Shown here piece by piece: positions 51,017 to 59,613 of a stretch of DNA of 64,000 bases. Numbering within the stretch: the first letter of the stretch is position 1; every line of letters starts with the position of its first letter. The DNA lies in IMG/VR virus record IMGVR_UViG_3300017917_002441, positions 1 to 64,000 of that record. The stretch is one strand, 5' to 3'. Source of the stretch: a virus. The notes beneath the pieces were generated by a model. It worked only from the letters and a program-made list of their open reading frames with translations. It made no database searches and was not told where the DNA came from. A program made the position numbers and the translations under genes.

Positions 51017-52887
51017 TAACAAAACTACTTGAAGGCGGAAACGTTTTTAAAGACGCCAACGGCAACCCGTTGACCGGCCGTATTAACCAAAGCGATGTTG
51101 CACAAACAGTGCAATGGATTGAAACACTCACAGGTTTGCAATTTCCCAAAGAGCGTTGGTTAGGATCAACTGGGCGCAAGCCTACATCAGGCGACTTAGA
51201 TCTAGCAGTGGATCTTAGTGAAATATCAAAAGATCAGTTGGCAGCCAAACTAACTCAGTGGGTTCAAAGTCACGGTGAAGATCCACGTGCTTGGGTTAAA
51301 AAGGGCGGCGAAGTACACTTACGCACTCCCATCAATGGTAAACCAGAAAACGGATTTGTACAAACAGACTTTATGTTTTTTCCTAATTTGGATTGGGGTA
51401 CATTTTTCTATGCTGGTGGTGAAGATTCTGCATACAAGGGCATGGTACGCAACGTATTAATGTCTAGTTTGGCCAAACATCAAGGCCTAAAGATTGGTGC
51501 CAACGGTGTTATCAGCCGAGCCACAAATCAAGTTGTAAGCATGGACCCAGACTGGGCCGCCCAAGCAGTATTGGGCAAAGGCCATGACCGTAACAGTTTA
51601 AAAAATGTTGAAAGCATTTATCAAGCCTTGACCAAGGATCGCGAACGTGATGCCAAATTGGCAGACTTTAGAGACTACCTGCAACGTGAAGGCTTGCAAG
51701 AGCCCGGTGCTGTGACAGAAAGTGATGTGGGATTCTTGGCTCGACTGCGTGACAGAATTGTCAATCAAGGCATGAGCCCGCTGATCGAACACGAAGTTGT
51801 TACCGAAGCTGAAGTAGCTGGTGTAGGCGGCAGAGCCAAGGGCATTGAACACTTGGAAGATCTTGTGTTTAGACACGGTAGCCGCGGTGTTGAACAAGCT
51901 CTGGGCATTGTGGCGCACCTTGCTGAGCAACCCAGCAGTGCTACAGTAAAGTGGGACGGAAAACCTGCTGTGGTGTTTGGTCGCAAGCCTGCCACAGGTG
52001 AGTTTGTGCTCACAGACGGTTCGGGCTTTGAAGCCAAGGGCTACGACGGACTTGCAACGTCACCAGAAATGATGGCGCAGATACAAAACATGCGTGGTGC
52101 CAACAGACAAGAACTCATTAACATTTACGCTACACTGTTCCCGCTGTTGGAAGCGGCTGTACCACAAAACTTCCGTGGATATGTCAAGGGCGATTTGCTG
52201 TATATGAGCAAACCTGAGTTGGTAGCTGGTAACTATGTATTCCAACCCAACACAGTGGAATATCGTATTCCAGCCAAATCTAGCCTAGGCAAACGCATTG
52301 GCAACAGCGACATCGGCCTAGCTATGCACTCAATGTACGGTGATGTTGGCGAACCACGCCAGCCCCTGAGCCGTGTGACATTTAACGAAGTTCCAGGGCT
52401 ATTGTTGCTAGAACCTATTGCTGGAAAAGAAATACAACTCAATCAACAGTTGATTAAAGAAATTCGTAGTTTGATGCGTAGCAAAGGCAAAGCCATTGAT
52501 ATCTTGTTTAACCCAGCAGAGCTACGAGCACAGCAGATCACAGACTTGGCCAAGCTCTGTGTTGATTATATCAATGCTAGAATTCCCACTGGTAACTTTG
52601 ATAACTTGTTGGGCGGGTTTGGTGAGTGGCTACAGCAACGAGTTACTCCAAGAAAGTTTGCTAATATTGTTGAGTACCTAAAGAGTCCCAGTTCAAATAC
52701 CGAAGGCATGGCTGCGGCGTTTACACTGTTCTTGTTGTTGCACGATCTCAAGATGGACTTGCTACAACAGCTGGATCAGCAAAGCCCTGGTAATGAAGGC
52801 TGGGTCATGGCTACTCCTGCAGGTTACGCCAAAGCAGTGAATCGCTTTGATTTCACTGCTAGAAACCGAGCCAGAAACAACTCCTAA
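51013..52887 (+). CDS. PolX/Pol-beta-like nucleotidyltransferase fused to a ligase-type (KxDG) domain
   Basis: LGSTGRKPTSGDLDLAV..VQTDF; then KWDG, VKGDL, EGWV and AKAV motifs. Confidence 0.7.
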   Translation: MITKLLEGGNVFKDANGNPLTGRINQSDVAQTVQWIETLTGLQFPKERWLGSTGRKPTSGDLDLAVDLSEISKDQLAAKLTQWVQSHGEDPRAWVKKGGEVHLRTPINGKPENGFVQTDFMFFPNLDWGTFFYAGGEDSAYKGMVRNVLMSSLAKHQGLKIGANGVISRATNQVVSMDPDWAAQAVLGKGHDRNSLKNVESIYQALTKDRERDAKLADFRDYLQREGLQEPGAVTESDVGFLARLRDRIVNQGMSPLIEHEVVTEAEVAGVGGRAKGIEHLEDLVFRHGSRGVEQALGIVAHLAEQPSSATVKWDGKPAVVFGRKPATGEFVLTDGSGFEAKGYDGLATSPEMMAQIQNMRGANRQELINIYATLFPLLEAAVPQNFRGYVKGDLLYMSKPELVAGNYVFQPNTVEYRIPAKSSLGKRIGNSDIGLAMHSMYGDVGEPRQPLSRVTFNEVPGLLLLEPIAGKEIQLNQQLIKEIRSLMRSKGKAIDILFNPAELRAQQITDLAKLCVDYINARIPTGNFDNLLGGFGEWLQQRVTPRKFANIVEYLKSPSSNTEGMAAAFTLFLLLHDLKMDLLQQLDQQSPGNEGWVMATPAGYAKAVNRFDFTARNRARNNS

Positions 52888-52956
52888 CCGCAGGTTTTTT
52901 ACCAAAAGACTAAATAAGTGTAGGGCTTTGGAGCCCATATATTAAGGAGAAACAAA

Positions 52957-53367
52957 ATGGCCGTATTTACACGTACAAGTGGTGACTTTCAACCAGTAGT
53001 GGTTGTTGACCAAGGCGTTGCCGCATCTTCACCAGGTGCTGGTTACAACACAGGTATTAATACTGTAGTTAGTGGTGCAACTGTTAACGCCGCAGGTCCT
53101 AAGCTAGACTTCGGTACAGTTACTTTCACAGGTACTGCAACTGTTAGTGGCGCTGACCTAGCTAAAGCAATCCAAGTGATTCAGCAAAAAGCTACTATCG
53201 CTATCTATGAGTTCACAACTGTTGGTTCTAACCAAGCTACTTTGGCTTTGGCTACATACCCAACCGCTGCCTGGAACTATGCTAACGGTGAAGATCTAGA
53301 CGTTGCTTTGACAGCCGCCCTAGGTTATGCTGTTACAACAGCCGCTAGCGCAACATTCACAAACTAA
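52957..53367 (+). CDS. Probable virion structural protein
   Basis: TAAATA at 52911, strong AAGGAG RBS, own terminator, A/T-rich protein. Confidence 0.65.
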   Translation: MAVFTRTSGDFQPVVVVDQGVAASSPGAGYNTGINTVVSGATVNAAGPKLDFGTVTFTGTATVSGADLAKAIQVIQQKATIAIYEFTTVGSNQATLALATYPTAAWNYANGEDLDVALTAALGYAVTTAASATFTN

Positions 53368-53386
53368 TTTAAACAGTTTGTAACCC

Positions 53387-53416
53387 AACCCTGGACGTAA
53401 AAAATCCAGGGTTTTT
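53387..53416 (+). terminator. Intrinsic terminator
   Basis: AACCCTGGA..TCCAGGGTT stem followed by T residues. Confidence 0.8.
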
Positions 53417-53437
53417 CTTTGCCGTTAAATATCAACA

Positions 53438-53860
53438 ATGAAGATAGCATGTCGCACCATTTTTGATTGCATGGCAACCGGTGTCACTGGACACTACAGG
53501 CCCAGTCAAGTACCGTTTACAGATCATACCGGTCAGTCAATAAAAAATCAAACAGACTGGAATCAGTCACGGAATCAACAGCGCAACTGGGAAACACTGT
53601 TGCAAGTCATTGGACTGCGCACACAGCCTACCATTACTATAATGCCCTATTTTTCCAACGGCTACTGGCAGTTTGAATTTGAACCAGCCAGTGACGGGGT
53701 GTATAGCATAACTGGTGCCACAGACGATCTAGGAGCATTGTATCAAGACTGTCGCAATGTGCCCATGATTGTACACGTTGACGAACAAACACAGAAAACG
53801 CCAGTGCTGTGTGTGGAAGGTGCTGAACAAAACATTTGGTTTGAGGCGGTAAATAAGTGA
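53438..53860 (+). CDS. Hypothetical late protein
   Basis: TAAATA 6 nt upstream. Confidence 0.7.
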   Translation: MKIACRTIFDCMATGVTGHYRPSQVPFTDHTGQSIKNQTDWNQSRNQQRNWETLLQVIGLRTQPTITIMPYFSNGYWQFEFEPASDGVYSITGATDDLGALYQDCRNVPMIVHVDEQTQKTPVLCVEGAEQNIWFEAVNK

Positions 53861-53872
53861 TGGAGAATAATT

Positions 53873-54136
53873 ATGGCCGAGCCAAGTGAAATTGAAAAGA
53901 AAAGCTTAGAAGCACACGTAGAATTGTGTGCCGAACGTTATCGCAGTTTAGATGAACGTCTTGATGGGTTGGCAAATAATATTGTCAAGGTTGAAGAGTG
54001 TACCGAAGAAATCAAGAACATAATGACTAAACATGTGGAAAAACACAACGATCGACTGATAGGTTGGGGTGTTAGTATTATTGCAGTTTTAGTAGGCACC
54101 ATTGGATGGTTGCTGTCACACTACGTTTTTAAATGA
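53873..54136 (+). CDS. Coiled-coil protein with C-terminal transmembrane helix
   Basis: LIGWGVSIIAVLVGTIGWLL; TAAATA at 53850. Confidence 0.65.
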   Translation: MAEPSEIEKKSLEAHVELCAERYRSLDERLDGLANNIVKVEECTEEIKNIMTKHVEKHNDRLIGWGVSIIAVLVGTIGWLLSHYVFK

Positions 54137-54609
54137 ACAAAGAAGCCAAAATAGAACAGTGGGCCGAACGTGAATTACGCAAGGCCATGGACAAAGTTAT
54201 TTTGTCTGATGAAGAAGGCGGGTATGTGGTATTTGGAAAATACTACATTATGCCCAGCGAGAACGGTACTGTGGTCAGCACCTGGGATCGTGAAATTCAC
54301 TGTTTTATGAACAAACGTCATGCCATGAGTTGGTGCATTTTAGATCACAAAAACAATTATGCCTTGGCTAACCAGTTGATTTCATTAGACAGTAGAAAAC
54401 AAAAACTAGGCAGTGACGTACACATTAGACGCACAATTGGAGAACGTGGGCGTGACCCCAACTTCCGTGAAATTATCAATTTAAAAGTATCAATGAAATT
54501 ACAAGCACTCAGCGTGTTAAACCAAGAGCTTGATAAATGCGTTGGTTATGCTAAATATCTACAGACAAAAGGATTCGCAAATGAAACTGCAAGAACTAGC
54601 CGCGCCTAA
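54133..54609 (+). CDS. Hypothetical protein
   Basis: Coupled ORF. Confidence 0.7.
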   Translation: MNKEAKIEQWAERELRKAMDKVILSDEEGGYVVFGKYYIMPSENGTVVSTWDREIHCFMNKRHAMSWCILDHKNNYALANQLISLDSRKQKLGSDVHIRRTIGERGRDPNFREIINLKVSMKLQALSVLNQELDKCVGYAKYLQTKGFANETARTSRA

Positions 54610-55504
54610 CCCAGCGCAACAAATTGCCCAAGTATTTGAAAGCTACTTTGGGTCACGTATCACTGTTGAGCAACTCAACGAAACTCAAACCGTTGCAATG
54701 TTGCGTCGTGTTCGTGCTACTCTTAAAGAGCATCAGAATTCTCCAGCTCGCCATCACAGCGAGCAGAACCCAGCTTATTTGAAGTTGGTTGTAATGGAAA
54801 AAGCTCTGGTTGCTAAACTTAAAGAGTTTGAGCAGCCACAACCAACTGGTACAGGCCAACAACCGGGCAATACTCAACAACAGACTCAGCAAGCCGTGGC
54901 CACTGTCAAAGATCCCAAGCTAAAGGCAGCTCTAGATAAGAGCGCCAAAGGTCAACAGTTGAATCCAGAAGAACAAAAGCTTGTGGCTGGTGCTGCCTTG
55001 ATGAAAACTGAAAACAAATTGCGCAGTGCTCTGCGTATTGTTAAAGAAAGCGAAGTTCAACAAGCTCAGGTGGTTCTTGCCGCTCAAGACTTGGTAGACA
55101 AGATGCAAGGCATGTTGGAAGATACCACAGAATTACAATTTAAGGAATTGCCTGCTCTAGTTGACTCAATCAAGAATCAAGTAGGTGTTGAGCAAGCACA
55201 ACAGTTTAATACTGATGCATCTGCCGCCCTGGCTGGCTTGGTGCAAAACCTACAAGGTGCTAAACAACAACTAGAAACTGCACTTGGGGTTGTGACTGGA
55301 CAATCTGCTCCTGCTCCTGCACTAGACGCAGCCATGACTGGTGCAGAACCTGGTGCCGAAGCCGGCGCTGAGTTAGGTGCTGAGTTAGGTGCTGAAGCTG
55401 GTGCCGAAGCCGGCGCTGAGTTAGGTGCTGAAGAACTTCCAGCTGAAGAGCCTGAATCTCCTGCAGTGGGTGGCAAAGGCGCACTAGGTCGCGCTCGTAG
55501 ATAA
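54581..55504 (+). CDS. Possible prohead core/scaffold-like protein
   Basis: TAAATA at 54552; helical; several hydrophobic-X-E sites; GAEx repeats. Confidence 0.5.
   Translation: MKLQELAAPNPAQQIAQVFESYFGSRITVEQLNETQTVAMLRRVRATLKEHQNSPARHHSEQNPAYLKLVVMEKALVAKLKEFEQPQPTGTGQQPGNTQQQTQQAVATVKDPKLKAALDKSAKGQQLNPEEQKLVAGAALMKTENKLRSALRIVKESEVQQAQVVLAAQDLVDKMQGMLEDTTELQFKELPALVDSIKNQVGVEQAQQFNTDASAALAGLVQNLQGAKQQLETALGVVTGQSAPAPALDAAMTGAEPGAEAGAELGAELGAEAGAEAGAELGAEELPAEEPESPAVGGKGALGRARR
55340..55435 (+). repeat. Eight 12-bp tandem units encoding GAE(P/A/L/E)
   Basis: GGTGCTGAGTTA and GGTGCCGAAGCC units, with a 48-bp higher-order duplication. Confidence 0.9.
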
Positions 55505-55860
55505 TGCGCATATTTGAAGTAGATTCAGGCGACACAAACACACCAGATCCCAAACAACTTTTGGGTCTGGTGAAGTTTTTAAACGGCCGTGCAGAAGATA
55601 CCAACGCACAAAAGCAAATATCACAAGATGCTTTCATTGGCATCGCACAGGATTTGGGTATCAATGTCAACAAAAACAATTTGGCTGACATGATAGCACA
55701 AGAGCCACTTAGTAACGTACTAGAACCCCTAGATCCAAATTCAGGGCAAGTTACATTCAAAGGTGCCAACATTGGCCCAACTGCTATGCCAGTTAACAAA
55801 GCACAAGACATAGTAGCATCCGCAGCCAAATCGGCAATGAAAAAAGACCGCGGCGTCTAA
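55504..55860 (+). CDS. Hypothetical protein
   Basis: Coupled ORF starting MRIFE. Confidence 0.7.
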   Translation: MRIFEVDSGDTNTPDPKQLLGLVKFLNGRAEDTNAQKQISQDAFIGIAQDLGINVNKNNLADMIAQEPLSNVLEPLDPNSGQVTFKGANIGPTAMPVNKAQDIVASAAKSAMKKDRGV

Positions 55861-55870
55861 ACCAAAATCG

Positions 55871-55899
55871 TTGACAATCTGTTGTAAATACCTTACACT
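55871..55899 (+). promoter_or_regulatory. Nested sigma70 and late promoter motifs
   Basis: TTGACA-N17-TACACT with TAAATA at 55885 inside the spacer. Confidence 0.7.
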
Positions 55900-55917
55900 A
55901 ACATAAGGAGTTTATCT

Positions 55918-56310
55918 ATGGCATATTCTGACAAAGTAGTGGACCACTATGAAAACCCCCGCAATGTGGGTTCGTTTGACAAAGGCGACAACAGTGTGGG
56001 CACTGGTATGGTTGGTGCGCCGGCATGTGGTGATGTTATGAAACTACAAATAAAGGTGGACGATGCTACAGGTATTATTACAGACGCGAAATTTAAAACG
56101 TATGGCTGCGGCTCGGCAATCGCAAGCTCAAGCCTTGTTACGGAATGGGTCAAAGGAAAAACCCTTGACGAAGCCGCAACCATCCGAAACAGTGAAATCG
56201 CAGAAGAGCTTGCCCTTCCACCAGTTAAGATCCACTGTTCAATCTTGGCTGAAGACGCTATAAAAGCCGCAGTAGAGGACTATCGTAAAAAACATGATAT
56301 CAATAACTGA
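55918..56310 (+). CDS. iscU: Fe-S cluster scaffold
   Basis: DHYENPRNVG, GAPACGDVM, KTYGCGSAIASSS and LPPVKIHCS. Confidence 0.97.
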   Translation: MAYSDKVVDHYENPRNVGSFDKGDNSVGTGMVGAPACGDVMKLQIKVDDATGIITDAKFKTYGCGSAIASSSLVTEWVKGKTLDEAATIRNSEIAEELALPPVKIHCSILAEDAIKAAVEDYRKKHDINN

Positions 56311-56623
56311 TGCGGCTGTTTGCAAGATTAAAGAAAACATCAAACGTCGTGGACGCGGCCTAGGTATCAAAGTTGGCATACGCACCACTGGCTGTTCTGG
56401 TCTTGCATATACATTGGAATATGTTGATGTTGAGCAGGGCAAAGAAATTTGCATGATGCACCATGACATCAACGGTGTACGAGTTTACATAGACCCCAAA
56501 CATTCTCCTTACTTAACAGGCATGACCATGGATTGGGTCCGCAATGGACTCAACGAAGGTTTTGATTTTATTAACCCCAATGAACGTGACCGTTGCGGTT
56601 GCGGAGAAAGCTTTAGAGTTTAA
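56294..56623 (+). CDS. iscA: Fe-S A-type carrier
   Basis: TTGCSGLAY and NPN..CGCGESF. Confidence 0.95.
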   Translation: MISITDAAVCKIKENIKRRGRGLGIKVGIRTTGCSGLAYTLEYVDVEQGKEICMMHHDINGVRVYIDPKHSPYLTGMTMDWVRNGLNEGFDFINPNERDRCGCGESFRV

Positions 56624-57342
56624 TGTACAATCCACGTTTTGACTACAAACCAGTGCCACGGGTAACAATTGATGGGCGTAGATACTATGCTACCCCTGAT
56701 GGCAACAAGTTACCCAGTGTAACTACAATTTTAGATCGTACCAAAAGCGAAGAAAGCAAACAGGCATTAGAAAACTGGCGCCGCCGTGTGGGACATGCCC
56801 AGGCGCAGGCCATTACCACAGAAGCTGCCAACCGTGGCACACGCATGCACACGTATCTTGAGCACTATATCAAACACGGTGAACTAAAGGATCGCGGCAC
56901 TAATCCATTTAGCTGGGCTAGCCATGCCATGGCTCAGGTAGTAATTGACCAAGGTATCACTAGCCGTGTAAATGAATTCTGGGGGTACGAAGTTCCTCTT
57001 TATTTCCCCAACATCTATGCTGGCACCACAGATGCATGTGGCTTGCATATCGGTGATGAATCTATTCTAGACTACAAACAAACCAACAAGCCCAAAAAGC
57101 GCGAGTGGATCGAAGACTATTTCCTACAGCTCTGCGCTTATGCAGAAGCACACAATGAACTGCATGGTACAAATATCAAAAAAGGCGTAGTTTTGATGTG
57201 CGTCAAACCCGAAGTTGACGATCAAATGAACATTATTAAACCGCCTGAATATCAGGAATTTGTGCTGGAAGGCGCAGAATTTGAACGTCATCGTCAGTTG
57301 TGGTGGAAACGAGTTGAACAGTATTACATGCTAAATATGTGA
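56623..57342 (+). CDS. PD-(D/E)XK exonuclease
   Basis: PSVTTIL, RGT.MH, YAGTTD, DYK and QL.AYA. Confidence 0.85.
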   Translation: MYNPRFDYKPVPRVTIDGRRYYATPDGNKLPSVTTILDRTKSEESKQALENWRRRVGHAQAQAITTEAANRGTRMHTYLEHYIKHGELKDRGTNPFSWASHAMAQVVIDQGITSRVNEFWGYEVPLYFPNIYAGTTDACGLHIGDESILDYKQTNKPKKREWIEDYFLQLCAYAEAHNELHGTNIKKGVVLMCVKPEVDDQMNIIKPPEYQEFVLEGAEFERHRQLWWKRVEQYYMLNM

Positions 57343-57361
57343 TATCGCAAGGAACATCACT

Positions 57362-59176
57362 GTGGCAATTGTACAAGTATCGAGAATAACACAACGTAAA
57401 GGTCTAGAAGTAGACTTACCACAACCGCTAGCGGGTGCAGAACTGGGCTGGGCAGTTGACCAACGCAGACTGTTTATTGGTAACGGCTCACTAGAAGAAG
57501 GAGCCCCAGCAGTGGGCAACACCGAAATTCTAACAGAATTCAGTGACCTTCTTGCTTACTCCACTGCTTACACTTACAAAGGCGAAGCCGCTGGTTATAC
57601 AGTGCAAACTGGCCCCACAGCCGGTGACCCCATTAGTCAAAGCATTCAAGCACGACTAGACAGCTATGCCATTGTATCAGAGTTTGGAGCACAGGGCGAC
57701 GGTGTGACAGACGACACTGAAGCCATTAACCGTGCATTCAACCAGCTGTATTGTGTACAAACCAACATTCAGGTTCGCCGTAGTTTGTTCTTCCCAGCCG
57801 GGGTGTATGTTATCAGTAACACACTGTTGATCCCATCTTATGCCAAACTGTATGGCGAAGGTGCTGATCACACTATCATACTTTTCCAAGTACAGAATTG
57901 GGCCGCTAATACTGCGTATGCCGAAGGTGTGTTGGTTAAAAACACAGACCCAGCAACATCAATTGTAACATATTATCGTGCAGTGGCACCTGTGCCAGCA
58001 ACTGGCATTGCACTCACTGACGTGGCATATTGGGATCCAACTAGCTTGCCCAACTATGTGTTTCAAACTGCTGACAGTCAACAACAAACCGGCGCCAACA
58101 TTGGCGTCAACGGTGCTATTGCACCACGCAACATTGAAGTGTCTGGAATCACATTCCAGACCATGGAATATGGTGATGGTGCATTGGTGGCACACAACAT
58201 AGCATTGATTGAAAAGTCTCGTCAGTGCTACTTTGACAGTGTAAACTTTATTGGCCCACTAACAACCACAGATCTTGACACCACAGTTGAAGATTTAACT
58301 GGTGTGAATTTCATAAGTTCGCCCGCTAGTATCTGTACACAGATTACATTTGACAAATGCCGCTTTGCTGGCATGACTTATGCGTTTAACACTGACAACT
58401 TAGTCAAAGGCATCACAGTCAGCAATGGTTGGTTTGATACATTGTACCAAGGTGTAGTTCTAGGCGACGCCACACCAGTAGACGGTGGCCCCACAGGCTT
58501 CCGTATTGTTCACAATGTGTTTGATAATATCTATGCCGAAGGTATTGTGTTTGACAATTGCAGACTCAATGCATCTGGTTACAACACATTCTACGACGTG
58601 GGCAATCACTTCAACGGTGTTGCTACTCCGGCAGCCCCAATTATTTCTATCAATGCTGATGAGAACGCCAGCATTGGTGACATGTTTGCTAGAACCACAG
58701 CACAGACTCAGCTGGGCACCGGATGGCCAAGAATTAGAATTTTTAATTCTACTACATCTACTATCCCAACCAGTATAGGAATTGACAGTGCAGATAAGCT
58801 ACAATTAGGTTCATATGTAAGAACCAGTGGCAAGCAACAAGAAATCCTTGATGGCTTTACCCAGGAACCTATTTTTACAGTCAACACTAACCTAAGTTTA
58901 CAAAACGGTGGATTCCAAGCATTTAAAATGGATTATACTATTTCAAGACTCACTGCTGGCAGTCGTGCATATCGAACAGGTACACTGACAGTTGTTGCCG
59001 GGGGCGATGACAGTGCTGGCGACGGCATTGTCTACACCGACGATTATACTGAAAACGAACAAACAGATGTTGTATTGCAAGCAACTGAAAGTGGTAATGT
59101 GGTAACCGTCAGCTACTCAGCGGCTACTACCACCTATGACGGATCAATCTACTACAGCGTAACACACTTGGCTTGA
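57362..59176 (+). CDS. Tail-associated protein with pectate-lyase-like beta-helix
   Basis: LP..L..AELGW..D..RLFIG N-terminal domain; FGA.GDGVTDDT.AI..A..FFPAGVY; TAAATA at 57332. Confidence 0.75.
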   Translation: MAIVQVSRITQRKGLEVDLPQPLAGAELGWAVDQRRLFIGNGSLEEGAPAVGNTEILTEFSDLLAYSTAYTYKGEAAGYTVQTGPTAGDPISQSIQARLDSYAIVSEFGAQGDGVTDDTEAINRAFNQLYCVQTNIQVRRSLFFPAGVYVISNTLLIPSYAKLYGEGADHTIILFQVQNWAANTAYAEGVLVKNTDPATSIVTYYRAVAPVPATGIALTDVAYWDPTSLPNYVFQTADSQQQTGANIGVNGAIAPRNIEVSGITFQTMEYGDGALVAHNIALIEKSRQCYFDSVNFIGPLTTTDLDTTVEDLTGVNFISSPASICTQITFDKCRFAGMTYAFNTDNLVKGITVSNGWFDTLYQGVVLGDATPVDGGPTGFRIVHNVFDNIYAEGIVFDNCRLNASGYNTFYDVGNHFNGVATPAAPIISINADENASIGDMFARTTAQTQLGTGWPRIRIFNSTTSTIPTSIGIDSADKLQLGSYVRTSGKQQEILDGFTQEPIFTVNTNLSLQNGGFQAFKMDYTISRLTAGSRAYRTGTLTVVAGGDDSAGDGIVYTDDYTENEQTDVVLQATESGNVVTVSYSAATTTYDGSIYYSVTHLA

Positions 59177-59598
59177 TGTGGCCCAAATCATTTAATCAAC
59201 GACTAGCGTCTTGGGCCGACCTCAAAGAGTTCGCATCAACTGCGGATCTTGAAACAGCTCTAAACACCATTGATGCATGGTGGAAAAAATCTCCGTGGCA
59301 GCCATATTATCTGCATTGGGATGACCAAAAAGATTGGCCAGACCCTTGGCAGTTATTGAGCGATAATGTGTTCTGCGGTCTTGCTCGCGGACTAGGAATC
59401 CTTTATACTATAGCTATTATAGATCGTCCTGATCTGCAGGATGCCTGCTTGGTTGAGGTCGAAGGAGACAATTTAGTCCTTGTGCATGGGGGGAAATATA
59501 TATTGAATTGGGACGGCCAAGCCGAGTTAAATACCAGCCCAAGCACAAGAACTCAAAGACGACTAGCACAGTCGCAAATAAAACAGCATTACAATTAA
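59173..59598 (+). CDS. Hypothetical protein, possibly transglutaminase-like
   Basis: WPDPWQLL..FC.LA..GI.YT. Confidence 0.55.
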   Translation: MMWPKSFNQRLASWADLKEFASTADLETALNTIDAWWKKSPWQPYYLHWDDQKDWPDPWQLLSDNVFCGLARGLGILYTIAIIDRPDLQDACLVEVEGDNLVLVHGGKYILNWDGQAELNTSPSTRTQRRLAQSQIKQHYN

Positions 59599-59613
59599 GA
59601 AAACGAGTAAAGA

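Noticed and set aside
53873-54136. Holin call
   Set aside because: Single TM helix only and no endolysin nearby; evidence insufficient.
56623-57342. Cas4 of a CRISPR system
   Set aside because: Lacks the four-Cys Fe-S cluster pattern and any cas context; ordinary phage exonuclease.
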